A model generated the notes under the pieces. That model searched no databases, was not told the DNA's origin, and worked only from the letters and a program-made list of their open reading frames with translations. From the NCBI RefSeq assembly GCF_009914755.1, contig NC_060934.1: a DNA stretch of 64,000 bases; one strand, given 5' to 3'. This DNA comes from the human T2T-CHM13v2.0 reference genome, Homo sapiens. Made by a program: the position numbers and the translations under genes. Positions 11,733-23,811 of the stretch are shown here, one piece after another (position 1 is the stretch's first letter; each line of letters starts with the position of its first letter).

Positions 11733-13370
11733 GCAGGGTGATGATAGTCAATAGTAACATATTGTATATTTCTTTTTTAATTGGTCTCAATGTGCCTTTA
11801 TTTTTTTAAACTTTTATGTTTGGTTCAGGGGTACATGTGCAGGGTTGTTTTATAGGTAAACTCATGTCATGGGGGTTTGATGTACAGATTATTTTGTCAC
11901 TCAGATACTAAGCCGAGTACCCTATAGTTATATTTTCTGCTCCTCTCCTTCCTCCCACTCTCCACCCTCTGGTAGGCCCCAGTGTTTGTTGTTCCCCTCT
12001 TTGTGTCATTTAGCTCCCACTTAGAAGTGAGAACATGTGGCATTTGTTTTTCTGTTGTTGCATTAGTTTGCTAAGAAGAATTACCTCTAGCTCCATCCAT
12101 GTTCTTGCAAAGGACCTGATCTTGTTCTTTTTTATGGCTGCATGGTGTACCATGGTGTATATGTACCATATTTTCTTTATCCAGTCTCCCATTGATGGGC
12201 ATTTAGGTTGATTCCATATCTTTGCTATTGTGAATAGTGCTGCAATGAACATTCACGCGCATGTGTCTTTATGATAGAATGATTTATATTCCTTTGGGTA
12301 TATACCCACAAATTGGATTACTGTTTCAAAAGGTAGTTCTGTTTCTAGCTCTTTGAGGAATCACCACACTACTTCCCACAGCAGCTGAACTAATTTACAC
12401 TCATACCAACGTGCATAGGTATTCTATTTTCACCTCAACCTCACCAGCATCTATTATTTTTTGACTTTTTAATAATCATCATTCTGACTGGCATGAGATG
12501 GTATCTCACAGTGGTTCTGATTTGCATTTCTCTAATGATCAATGATGTTGAGCTGTTTTTCATATGCTTGCTGGCCACATATATATCTTCTTTTGAAAAG
12601 TATCTGTTCATGTCTTTTGCCCACTTTTTAATGTTTTTTTTTCTTGTAAATTTAAGTTCCTTGTAGATGCTGGACTTTTGTCAGATGCATAGTTTGCAAA
12701 TATTTTCTCCCATTCTGTAGGTTGTCTGTTTATTCTATTGATAGATTTTTTGCTGTGCAGAAGCTCTTTAGTTTAATTAGATTCCATTTGTCATTTTCTG
12801 CTTTTGTTGCAATTGCTTTTGGCATCTTCATTGTGAAATCTTCCAGTTCCTATGTCCAGAATTATATTTCCTAGATTGTCTTCCAGGATTTTTTTTTATA
12901 GTTTTGGGTTTTACATTTAAGTCTTTAATCCATCTTGAGTTGATTTTTGTGTATGATATAAGGAAGGGGTCCAGTTTCAATCTTCTGCATTTGGCTAGCC
13001 AGTTATCCCAGCACCAAAACAGCATGATACTGGTACAAAAACAGACATAGACCAATGAAACAGAATAGAGAGCATGGAAATGAGGCCACACATCTACAAC
13101 TACCTGATCTTCAATGAAGCTGACAAAAACAAGCATTGGGAAAAGGACTCCCTGTTCAACAAATGGTGTATTGTATATTTCAAAATTATAAAGTATATTT
13201 CAAATTTATTTACCACAAAAGATGACAAATAAATGAGGTAATGGATATGTTAATTAACTTGACTTAATCATTCTACAGCATATACATACAGTATATCAAA
13301 ACTTCACATTGTACCCCGTAAATGTATACAACTATGATTTGTCGGTTAAAATAATATTAATAAAATTATC
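11733..13370 (+). mobile_element. Older L1MA 3'UTR fragment (11733-11772 plus 13169-13370) acting as host for a younger L1PA
   Basis: agggtgatgatagtcaatagtaacatattgtatatttc continues as aaaat...tgaggtaatggatatgttaatta...cacattgtaccccgtaaatgtatacaac. Confidence 0.8.
11773..13168 (-). mobile_element. L1PA (older, about L1PA13-16-like) with 5' inversion and 13-bp TSD
   Basis: Antisense 3'UTR and ORF2 C-terminus at about 11800-13016, then a sense ORF2 piece at about 13013-13168 (TKTA*YWYKNRHIDQ...KDSLFNKW). TSD tattgtatatttc at 11760-11772 and 13169-13181. Confidence 0.92.
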
Positions 13371-14952
13371 ATTTTTAAATTTAAAATCTAGCTAATCAGT
13401 TTATAAAGCATTCATACTTTGACCTTATCAGTATTTTACCCTTAATATTTCCCTCATGCATACCCCAATATTCAGTGTTTTTAATTCCTGGGGAAGTTTT
13501 TGCCCTGGAAATAATACTCACAAAGAAGAAAAACACAAAGGATCTTGGTCCTGCCACCCCCTTCCAAGACCAAGAGCTAAGTGTGTTATGAAGAGGCTGG
13601 TACTAATGTTCCAAGTTGGATTCTAGGGCCACTGACACAAGCTCTAGCTGTGTCTTTGCAAAGGGTTGGTTTCTGGTCTATGGCATGAATGGGGTTGGAC
13701 AGGATTGTGATGTTTCTGAGGTTGTAGCGTCCAGCTCTCTTGAGGACTGTCGTGGCTGGGTGAGCGGTTATGGTTCCCAAGAAGTTCCTGTCTGACCTAT
13801 TTTATATGGTAGGATTTGGAGACTGTTTGCACAAAGGGTTAAGTTGCTAAAAATAAGTTTGAAGCCACTTGACCTTTTCTGGCACTTCTGTTAGTAGCAC
13901 CTGTGAGTCTGTGGTTCTAGGAGCTGATTCCATTTCTTCCCTGGAGTTTTGGCTGTGGCTTCCTATTTCCTTTTGTTCCCTGCATCCTTTCTTGGTCTTT
14001 GGTCAGAACTCAGAAGGGCTCCCAATTATGGAGATTTTCAGATGATTCTTATGCTATTATTGAGCTCATTAATTGTTATCCAATTAATGACAATACCCTC
14101 AGGAAGGCGAACAATCTACAAGGTAAACATGACATGGGACACAGGCAGGAAAGTGAGACCTCTTTAGGCCATAAGACAGTTTGTCTTTGAGATGCAAACA
14201 CCATGCTTATGAAGTTTATCTAACAGAATGAAAGTATTATAACCGTTCATTCAACAAATATTTACTGATGATCTACCATGTGCCAAGTGCTATAATAGGA
14301 TCAATTGATACACTATCCAGTGAAAGCCTGTGAGGTCAAGCATTGTGTCTAATAAGGAGGAATAAAGGTAATTTCAACTCAGTACAAAGATTTCTCCACT
14401 GGGGAGGAGACCAGATTGTTACAGGAGCCTTGTGAAGAGTTGGTTCCAAGGATTTGTGATGTACACTCAATCTAGAGAGGGAGAAGGTGCCTAAACTGAA
14501 CTTCTTAGTAGCAGGGGCTTCTTATATCTAGTGCCTTGAAAAACACTACCATTACTAGTTACTTAACAAATGTAGAAGTATCAGTCGGGGAGCTGGGGGA
14601 AGAAGACAGGCAGGAAAGTATATTAGTTTATCCGTCCTTCAAATAGAAAATAATATTGTCATAGCTAAAATGTAACGACTGCATTATATGTGTCAGACAC
14701 TGTTCTCAAGGATTACTACTTAGCTCATTTTAATTCTTCTAACTCTATGAAGTAGGTATTATGAACTTCCATTTTATAGATGTGGAAACTAAAAATCATT
14801 ATTTGCACACATGTGATGAAGAGTTTACACAGAGGGCCTGATCCTAGTTCCCTTCTTGAAGAAGACTGGAAAAATCTACTGGAAAACGTTAGTTTTTCCC
14901 CAGTCATTAATGTTAGTCTTCAGAAAATCCCTGTGGTAGAATTCATGATTGA

Positions 14953-15271
<319 letters not shown>

Positions 15272-16184
15272 TATGAACTTTTTAAATGTTCATAGGATTT
15301 TCATAAATTCATACCTGATCTTCACATATTTATTTTGTCCTATAAAATTTTGTTTTATAGTCATTTAATTAAAAGTAGGAATACAGCATACTCAAATAAA
15401 GGCATTATTGATTACTTGTTTACATTAGCAATAATAATATATACTGAAACAATTTATCTTTACTATCTGATGCTTTCTAGAAACTTTCTAGGAGTTTTTT
15501 TTTTCAGGCAGTTTTAATAGGATGCTTGAAAATTCATCTTTACTCTTTTGCAGACATTAAGCACAGGGAGCTTTATGTGTCCTGAGGCTAGTTCTGCACT
15601 GAATACTGCTCATGGCCTTCTGGTCTATCCTGGCCTAAATTTGGTCCTAGAAATGTGAAGGAACTTGGATGCTTGAGAGGGAAGAGGTGCCAGGGGCAAT
15701 TATTAACCTGCTTGGCATATCTGAGCAGGCATGCCTCTCCTCCCCTCCCTAATACCTGTGGCAATGTCACGGACCCTCTTACACATGCCTCACCTCATTC
15801 TATCATCACAGACCTCAAAAAAGTGAAGCCCAAGCCCCAAGTTTTCTTTTCTTCAGCCATGTTTAATCCTTCTTAAGGTTTCTTTGCAAAAATCTTCAGT
15901 CACTACTCCTCTACTGTTGGCCCAACCTCCTTTTTCTATTCTCAACTTTTCCTTCTTACCAATTACCTTCAATATGAGTGACTTCCAGTTCATGTAGTCT
16001 AGAACCAAAATTTTCTGCAATATTGAAAATGTATACAGAATGCATTCGTATTTCCTAAATGCTGCTTTAAAGGGACTTACATGTTGGAGAAAGGGAGGCA
16101 ATGAGGCATGATGTTTATGATTCTTACTCTAGGAGAGATGGATGGGCACAAATCCCATTCTTTTCGCCAGCTAGGAGAGGCAGC

Positions 16185-16430
16185 TTACAGGAGAAGTTAA
16201 GCTTATGGCTCAAAGCCACCTGCCTGGTTTGAGTCTGAGTTTTGTTGCTTCGTGGCTACATGTCTTTGGGCAAGTTGTTTAAGCTCTTATGACTAATTGT
16301 GCCTTTTTAAGTAGAGAAAAAATCATTCCTAACTCATAGAGTTGATGAGAGGATTAAACAAAATCAACATTTACATTTTAAATATAGCTAACACATAGTG
16401 TACTCTCAATATCAATGAATTGTTATTATG
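16185..16430 (+). mobile_element. MIR
   Basis: ctgcctggtttgagtctg...tttgggcaagttgtttaagctc...cctaactcatagagttgatgagaggattaaa. Confidence 0.75.
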
Positions 16431-16906
16431 TGATATTCTCATTTTACTGAAGAGAAAAATTAGATAAATGATACCTTCCTTAAAAGTTCATTTTGAGGAT
16501 TAATGAAGATAATGCTTATAAACACCAAACACAATGCCTGACACAGGAATGGTCTCAATACCCATTAGCATTTATCACCATTATTATATATACTTTCCCA
16601 AACATTTCCACAAGTTTAACCCTTATGATTTCCACTTTTCCTTAAAGAAGAAAACTCTGAATGTTTGCATCATGTATTTCTTTGCTTGGTGTATTTGTGT
16701 GTACTTCCCTTGCACTGAGTTTCTACAAGTGGAGACTTGGGACTTTAAGACGAGGGACCTGATTGCTTACACCCAATGAATGTCAGATAGTTTCCTGGTG
16801 AGTTGTTATGGTTCTAAATAACAATAAGTTCATGGGCTTCTCAGCAGTTTGTGTTAGGTGAGGAAGTGCAGTTCTTGAATGCCTATTTGTGCTGCCTTGT
16901 TACTAG

Positions 16907-17262
<356 letters not shown>

Positions 17263-17266
17263 AAGG

Positions 17267-17485
17267 CAGTGCTTCTTAACTGGGTGTGATTCTGCCACCC
17301 ATCCCCACCAGGCGATATTTAGCAGTCCCTAGAGACATTTTTGGTTGCCACAACTGTGTGAGAGTGTTACTGCATCTGGTAGAGGCCAGGGATGCTGCTG
17401 AATATTCTGGAATGAGTAGGACATCTTCCACAACAAAGAATTATCCAGCTCAAAATGTCAACAGTGCCAACATTGAAAAGCCCTA
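17267..17485 (+). mobile_element. MER20 (hAT-Charlie)
   Basis: gagacatttttggttgccacaact...gtagaggccagggatgctgct...cacaacaaagaattatccagctcaaaatgtcaacagtgcc. The AluY landed at its left terminus. Confidence 0.9.
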
Positions 17486-17829
17486 GGCTAACGCCATCAA
17501 CATGGCAGAAGGTGGGCGGCGGCTTCCCTCTGTGGGCTGGAGGAGGGCCTCAGGCCACAGCTCAGATTGTGGTGAAGAATGTTCTTCCTACCCTCAGCAG
17601 CCAAGTTATTTTACTATACCTCTGGCCAGCTGAGCAGCTTCATTTCCTCCCCTGTGGACCTAGGGACAGAGCAGTTTTGAAGTACAAATCTCTTACCCCT
17701 ATCATTTCATCCAAAGGGGAGCCTAATCCTGAGCAGTGCTGGAGCTCAGGAGAAATATTGAAGAAAGATAATTAGGGTCTCTGGCCTTAGGAAGTTTACT
17801 GTCTGGTGAGTTGCATATATTTATAAAAA

Positions 17830-18570
17830 TCATTCTATTTCTAATTGATAGCTTAAGCAAATAAATATACACACACCTTCACAAACAAAGGCACCCTATG
17901 GGCTTGTATGTATCAAGAAACTGCAAACCTGAGATGGAACTAAGAAATGGATTCAGATTTAAGGACCTTTAGCTGTGTCTAGTGGTCTGTCTGTCTCTTA
18001 GAGCATTTCCCTGTTTGTGTGAACCTCTGACTCTCTGATTCTCTAGATGTATGTGTGTGTGGGAGGGGAGGGTGGTGAATGTGTGTGAAGCTGCACACAT
18101 GTGCATGAACTGTCTCTGTCTCTCTCTGTTTCTTTCTCTATCTCTGTGTGTTTCTGTTTCTCTCTGTCTTTTGGCTATTGTCTTCATATTACCACCTCTC
18201 TCTCTATTTCTCTGTCACACTGTCAATTTTTTTTTTCTCTCTGTATATGTACATCGTTTTTATAGACCTGATATTCCTATCAGGCAAGGAATATTTCTCC
18301 TGGTGACAAGATTTGAGAGACAATTCTTTCCTAACAGCTTCAGTAAGAGAAATCTTGAGGATGTCTTCTAAGTTGTGATCACCTGATCACCATAGCCAAG
18401 ATGTCTCATGACCCTACTGGATCACGTGACATTCCAGGGCTTCAGAGGCATGGGCTGCTGTGATTGACCAGCCTGGCCAAAAGCACATAGCTGGAGTCAG
18501 GTAGACAGCTCCATAAAGGATGACAGGAAAGGGTACTGAGCAGACCCAAACCACAGGTGTCCACTCTAGT
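17830..18570. mobile_element. Degenerate MLT1-type LTR containing (TG)/(TC) low-complexity sequence
   Basis: Terminal gggtactgagcagacccaaaccacaggtgtccact resembles late MLT1 ends. TG/TC-rich stretch at 18045-18215. Confidence 0.4.
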
Positions 18571-19017
18571 GAGCCAAGAGCAACTCAAGAGAACAACTTA
18601 ATAATGCAAGTGCTGGAGGATGTGTGATCTACATTCTGGGTTCTCTAGAAGTATAAAGGAGAGAGATCAGTGTGAGCTGGTGACGAGGGAAGGCTTCCAG
18701 GAGGACTTGATTCTTGCTTTCAACCTTGAAAGATGTGTGAGATTTTAACTAGGTGGAAGGAAGTAAGCCTTCCTGATGAGGGAAGAGTTTCTTTGCATGT
18801 TTTATTGGTTTGGTTGCCTTGTTTTAAGCTCCCAAGAGGCAGAGACTTTTCTTTCTTTTTAGTATAGCATAGTATTTATTGACCACAATCAGGCTTCGTC
18901 AGTATGGTGCCAATTCTCTGAATGCTACTCTGCCAGTGACCTTAGGGAGAGAATGGAAGAATAATAACTGAGAAACTTCTAATCCTGAGAGTACCAGCAT
19001 GATATAAAGAAACAGGG

Positions 19018-19738
19018 AGTTGCTTGTAGATTCTTGATATTAGACCTTTGTCAGATGGATAGATTGCAGAATTTTTCTCCCGTTCTGTAGGTTGCCTGTT
19101 CACTCTGATGATAGTTTCTTTTGCTGCGTAGAAGCTCTTTAGGTTAATTAGATCCCATTTGTCAATTTGGGCTTTTGTTGCAATTGCTTTTGGTGTTTTA
19201 GTCATGAAGTCTTTGCCCATGCCTATGTCCTGGCCCATGCCTATGTCCTGAATGGTATTGCTTAGACTTTCTTCTAGGGTTTTTATGGTTTTAGGTTTTA
19301 TGTTTAAGTCTTTAATCCATCTTGAGTTAATTTTTGTATAAGGTGTAAGGAAGGGGTTCAGTTTCTGTTTTCTGCATGTGGCTCGCCTGTTTTCCCAGCA
19401 CAATTTATTAAATAGGGAATCCTTTCTCATTGCTTGTTTTTGTCAGGTTTGTTGAAGATCAGATGGATGTAGATGTGTGGTATTATTTCTGAGGCCTCTC
19501 TTCTGTTCCATTGTTCTATATATCTGTTTAGGTACCAGTAGCATGTTGTTTGGTTACTGTAGCCTTGTAGTATGGTTTGAAGTCAGGTATACCTATGTAA
19601 CAAACCTGCGCATTCTGCACCTGTATCTCAGAACTTAAAGTAAAAATTCTAAAAATATTACAGTGGTCAGATATATTTGGGATACATTGGGTTAACAAAA
19701 TGAGACATTTCTCTTCTGGGAAAAAAAAAAAAAGAAAG
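19018..19738 (+). mobile_element. L1PA with long 5' inversion, internal deletion and putative 3' transduction
   Basis: Antisense ORF2 at 19018-19589, sense terminal 3'UTR at 19587-~19646, about 65 nt of non-L1 sequence, then an A-tail at 19721-19738. TSD aaagaaac[a/c]ggg at 19006-19017 and 19739-19750. Confidence 0.88.
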
Positions 19739-20038
19739 AAAGAAACCGGGTGGCTTCAGAACAAATAAAGTATCCATATAGTCCCTTGTGGTACCCTCAG
19801 TCCTCTGCGTGTCTGGCCTCAAGTGTTTTACATTGAAATTTTGGCATTAACACAGGTAGATCAGATTGTTTATTAATTCAGTAAACACTTCAGTATCACC
19901 TAATATGTACTACACACATAGGTCCCAATGGTTCAAAAATAAATAAGACAGGATCCCACTTTAAAGTTTATATCCAAATAGAGAAGACACAGAAATGAAT
20001 TAGCAATTGCATACATGATTTGATTGTGCTGTGCAAAG

Positions 20039-20218
20039 CAGTGGTCCTCAAACATGGCTGCACATGGAAATCACCTGCGACCTTTAAAAAATACTGACAC
20101 CTTGGTCCCATCTGTGAAAGTTTTTATTTCATTGGTCTGGCGAAGAGGACACAGGCATCTGTATATTTCAGAGTTACCTCCCAGGGCTGTCATTAGCAGT
20201 AAAGTCTGAGAACCACTG
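20039..20218. mobile_element. MER5B-like DNA transposon
   Basis: TIRs cagtggtcctca...tgagaaccactg and internal ggctgcacatggaaatcacctg. Confidence 0.75.
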
Positions 20219-20682
20219 GGATAAGGATGCTTTGGGAGCAGGGAAAGGGCTCTGCAGTGATACTAGGGAAGGAAGGACTGCTGGAGGGGCAAGGCCCAGT
20301 GAGCTTGGAAAGAGGAATGAGAGTTCACTAGGGAAGGAGAGGGGCAGGGAGATGAGTGGATAAGGACGTTGGAGCTCTTCCTGCTGGAAGTCAGGAAGTC
20401 TTTCTAATTTTGGCCTAGTCCCTGTGTGGCCTTAGGCAGACATCCATTTTTTTCTGTGCCTCAATTTCTCCTTCAGTCAAACATGACTAATGATGCCTGC
20501 TTTCCTTACCTTAGGGGTCTGCTGTTAGGATAAAATGAGGTAAAGAAAAAGGAAACGATAGAATGTCAATGATCACTGGGAAAAATAACCCATTAGAGTA
20601 AAGCCTCATTTATTCAGCCTCTTTGGGGAAAGAAGTGTTTTACATAAATGAACTTTCAGATGACTAAATTTCGACCTTTCAA

Positions 20683-20816
20683 GAAGTAATAATTTTATTT
20701 TAACCAATAAAAATCATTTTAGTTTTTCTAAAACATACCACTTGCTGCCGAAGTAATAATTTTATTTTAACCAATAAAAATCATTTTAGTTTTTCTAAAA
20801 CATACCACTTGCAGCC
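20683..20816. repeat. 67-bp tandem duplication (2 copies, 1 mismatch)
   Basis: gaagtaataattttattttaaccaataaaaatcattttagtttttctaaaacataccacttgc[t/a]gcc at 20683-20749 and 20750-20816. Confidence 0.97.
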
Positions 20817-22007
20817 TTAATTTCTTAAACAGAGTACCCTGGATGCCATCAGCCCCTGTTTCTTTTCTTCTGTGCCTTCAGCCCCGCAACATAGATGTCA
20901 GCACTGAACTGTGCTGTGTTACAGTAATGCCCCCAGGGCTGTTGAGAAGTGTAGGGATTTGTGGCATGGAAGATTGGGTTTTGAGTTCTTAGGTCTGTTT
21001 TTCATAAGTTTTCCATTTCTCTTGCTATCCAAGTATCAGCTCTTGGGTCTCACCATTTTCAATTCTACTTTCCATTTCTAACTTGCTGCTGCTTCTCTGC
21101 TGAAGACTGGAAAACCAGAATACAAATCTTAGAATAGTGTATAAACTCTGAGTCATTAGACTATAAGTAAGAGCTTGCCAGAGAGAGTGGATTGTGTGAT
21201 CTTTAGTAAATGAGTTTTTAATGTGTGTGTCAGCTCTTTTCAGTGGACTTTTTGGGCCTTACTCTGGCCTAGGTCTCTAATTTAGGAGACAGCTGACTGG
21301 GCTTTATGTGTGGAAGGTCAGAGGTCCACGAGGATTGTTTGTAGGGATTCTCAGGCCTCCATCTTCTAGGTGTTGGCCAGAGAGACCTTTAAGGTTTTCC
21401 ATCTTTCTCACCAGGAGAATTTTGTCCGTGTCAGACCAGATTTTGAATGTCTATTGCCAAACTTCTGTTATTTTCAAGGCAGGAATAAAGAAGGAGACCT
21501 AGGATTAAACTCAGGAAGGAAGGAATATCTTGAAGCAAACAGCCCAAACTGAGGCAATACCGTGTTCCCCATCGGGTAGAACAGGCAGGTAAAGTGGGAG
21601 GGCAGAGGAGGAGGAAGTGGTGGAAGGAGTCAAGAAAGTTAAGACAGAGGAGATAGATGGAAGACACTGGGGAAGGGAGAACTTCTGGGAAGGTGCAAGA
21701 TGGAGAAGGCCAGGAGCAAGGTGTAGACCAGCATGACTATGCACTCTGTATTCTTCTCTATTTTCTTTGAATCGTTGACTTATTGACCATTCAGTACTCA
21801 TGTCTCATGACCCTTACAGATGACAGTTCCTTGGAGCAGCCACACTGTGGGGACTGCCAGTGGCCACATTCTGCTGGTTCCCATACTGCAGGATGGTCCT
21901 CTTTGAGAAAATGGATTTCTGAGTAGCAGTTGGCCCTGAGTGCATCCCACTTTGCTGTCTGCTATCGGTGTTGTCACTGAGCTTCTGTCTCTCCCTTCCT
22001 TTCCCAG

Positions 22008-22072
22008 GTCGGTGGCCGGATTGGATAAGGAGGCGGACCTGGTGCACATGGAGGTGCGGACCACGGATGGAT
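22008..22072 (+). CDS. SORCS3: SORCS3 internal coding exon (65 nt, probably exon 6), VPS10 domain
   Basis: Pyrimidine tract ctgtctctcccttcctttcccAG acceptor and GAT|GTGAGT donor. Translates (W)SVAGLDKEADLVHMEVRTTDG(Y), which matches recalled SORCS3 protein. CpG-rich relative to its flanks. Its phase-1 end joins the next exon as T|AT = Tyr. Confidence 0.96.
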
Positions 22073-23298
22073 GTGAGTTCTGCTACAGCCAGGCTAGGCC
22101 CAGGGAGATCTGCCTGCAGGTCTCTGTCCTCCCCCAATTTGCATTTTAATATCTTGGGAAGATGAAAAGCTCTGAGCTCCATTACAGCCACATCCATCCT
22201 TAATTCCCAGAGTAAGGGTGAGAAGTCCTTTCCTAAGGGAGACTTTTCATTGAAACAAACTCTTGGGAATGAATTGTCTGGGGATATGAGTTAATGCAAT
22301 GAATTTTGAGGCTCCTGTTTGTAATTTCTTTGGCATCTTCAGAGTAATTTGAAGAGGAATGTCCATAACTCATCATGGTATTTTACATTCACATGGCGAA
22401 TTGCAAGGGCTGCCTGCTTCAAAGTATGAACCCTTTATATAGGCAACCTTACCAAAAAATGTAATGGGGCATTATTTGCAAAACTGTTTATTCATCCATT
22501 CGAGATATTTAGGGATGGCCTGCTAAGTGTCAGACATAATTTTAAGCCCTAGAGAGAGAGAAAGTGATGAGCAAGTTCTATACTATCCCTACAAACAAGG
22601 GACTCTTCTAGCAGTGAAATTTCAGGATTTTAAACACATGACCCGCTGTGTACCTTGTTCAGCTGTGTACTTCTTACACAAAATTGGACTGAAAAAGCAT
22701 CATTTTGTAACAATTTAAGCATTTTATTCTTCTCAGAGTTGTTTATACTTAAAGGGCTCTTCTCCATCCAGGAAAAATAAAATCAGCTTAAACAAAAATA
22801 TATAAAAATATAATTAGCATAGATTGAGAACAGAGCCAAATAATCTACTAGTGGTGAGGCAGAGGTGCAGCAGAACAAGCACCTGTCTGTGAGTTGGGGT
22901 ACTCGGCTCTGTTACCCTCTGGCCTTGATACCAGGAAAAACTCCTTAACCTCTCTGGGCTGTAACTCCCTCTGTGACCTGAGAATACTCATCCTTGCCCG
23001 GAGCACCTCCCAGGATTATAGGTTAATCAAATAGAAGATGAATATTAGAGAAACTGAAAAATGTTGTATAAATGGAAGGCGATTCTGTTTTGACCTGGCT
23101 GTTGGCATTGTGGTATCGTTCAGAGTTTAAGTAAAACTGCATGTGCTTTCTGCAGGAGAAATCTACTGTTGGAGGCCAACCGTAGATGCATGCCAGAAAT
23201 GTGCATTTGGGGGAATATGTTTTATATGATTTATTTTTATTTTTAAAAGAGTTAGAAGGTAATCAGAATTTGTTACTATATTTCTGCCACTCTGTACT

Positions 23299-23811
23299 CC
23301 TCCCTCCCTCCTTCCTTCCCTCCCTCCTGTCCTCCCTCCCTTTTTCCCTCCCTCCCTCCTTCCCTCCTTCCTTTCCTTGCCCCTTCCCTTCCCTTCCCTT
23401 CCTTTCCTCCTTCCTTCATCCCTCCTTCCTTCCTTCCCTCCTTCCTTCCTTCCCTCCTTCCTTCCTTCCCTCCTTCCTTCCTTCCCTCCTTCCTTCCTTC
23501 CCTCCTTCCTTCCTTGCTTCCTTCCTTCCTTCCCTCCTTCCTTCCTTCCCTCCTTCCTTCCTTGCTTCCTTCCTTCGTTCCTTCCTTCCTTCCTCCCTCC
23601 CTCCCTCCTTCCCTCCTTCCTTCCTTCCCTCCTTCCTTCCTTCCTTCCTTCCTTCCCTCCTTCCTTCCTTCCTTCGTTCCTTCCTTCCTCCCTCCCTCCC
23701 TCCTTCCCTCCTTCCTTCCTTCCCTCCTTCCTTCCTTGCTTCCTTCCTTCGTTCCTTCCTTCCTTCCTCCCTCCCTCCCTCCTTCCCTCCTTCCTTCCCT
23801 TCCTCCTTCCT
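23299..23811. repeat. Complex (CCTT)n/(CCCT)n polypyrimidine satellite
   Basis: About 510 bp almost free of purines on the + strand. It accounts for the PSFL/EGRK ORFs in the track. Confidence 0.98.

Noticed and set aside
18942-19430. 162-aa ORF with L1 ORF2 similarity
   Set aside because: It is a fragment of a truncated, inverted L1 with no promoter or full ORF2.
21798-22197. Antisense ORFs (127 and 88 aa) and the sense 21940..22149 ORF over the 65-nt exon
   Set aside because: These are shadows of a GC-rich true exon. The real boundaries are set by splice sites and there is no independent gene signal.
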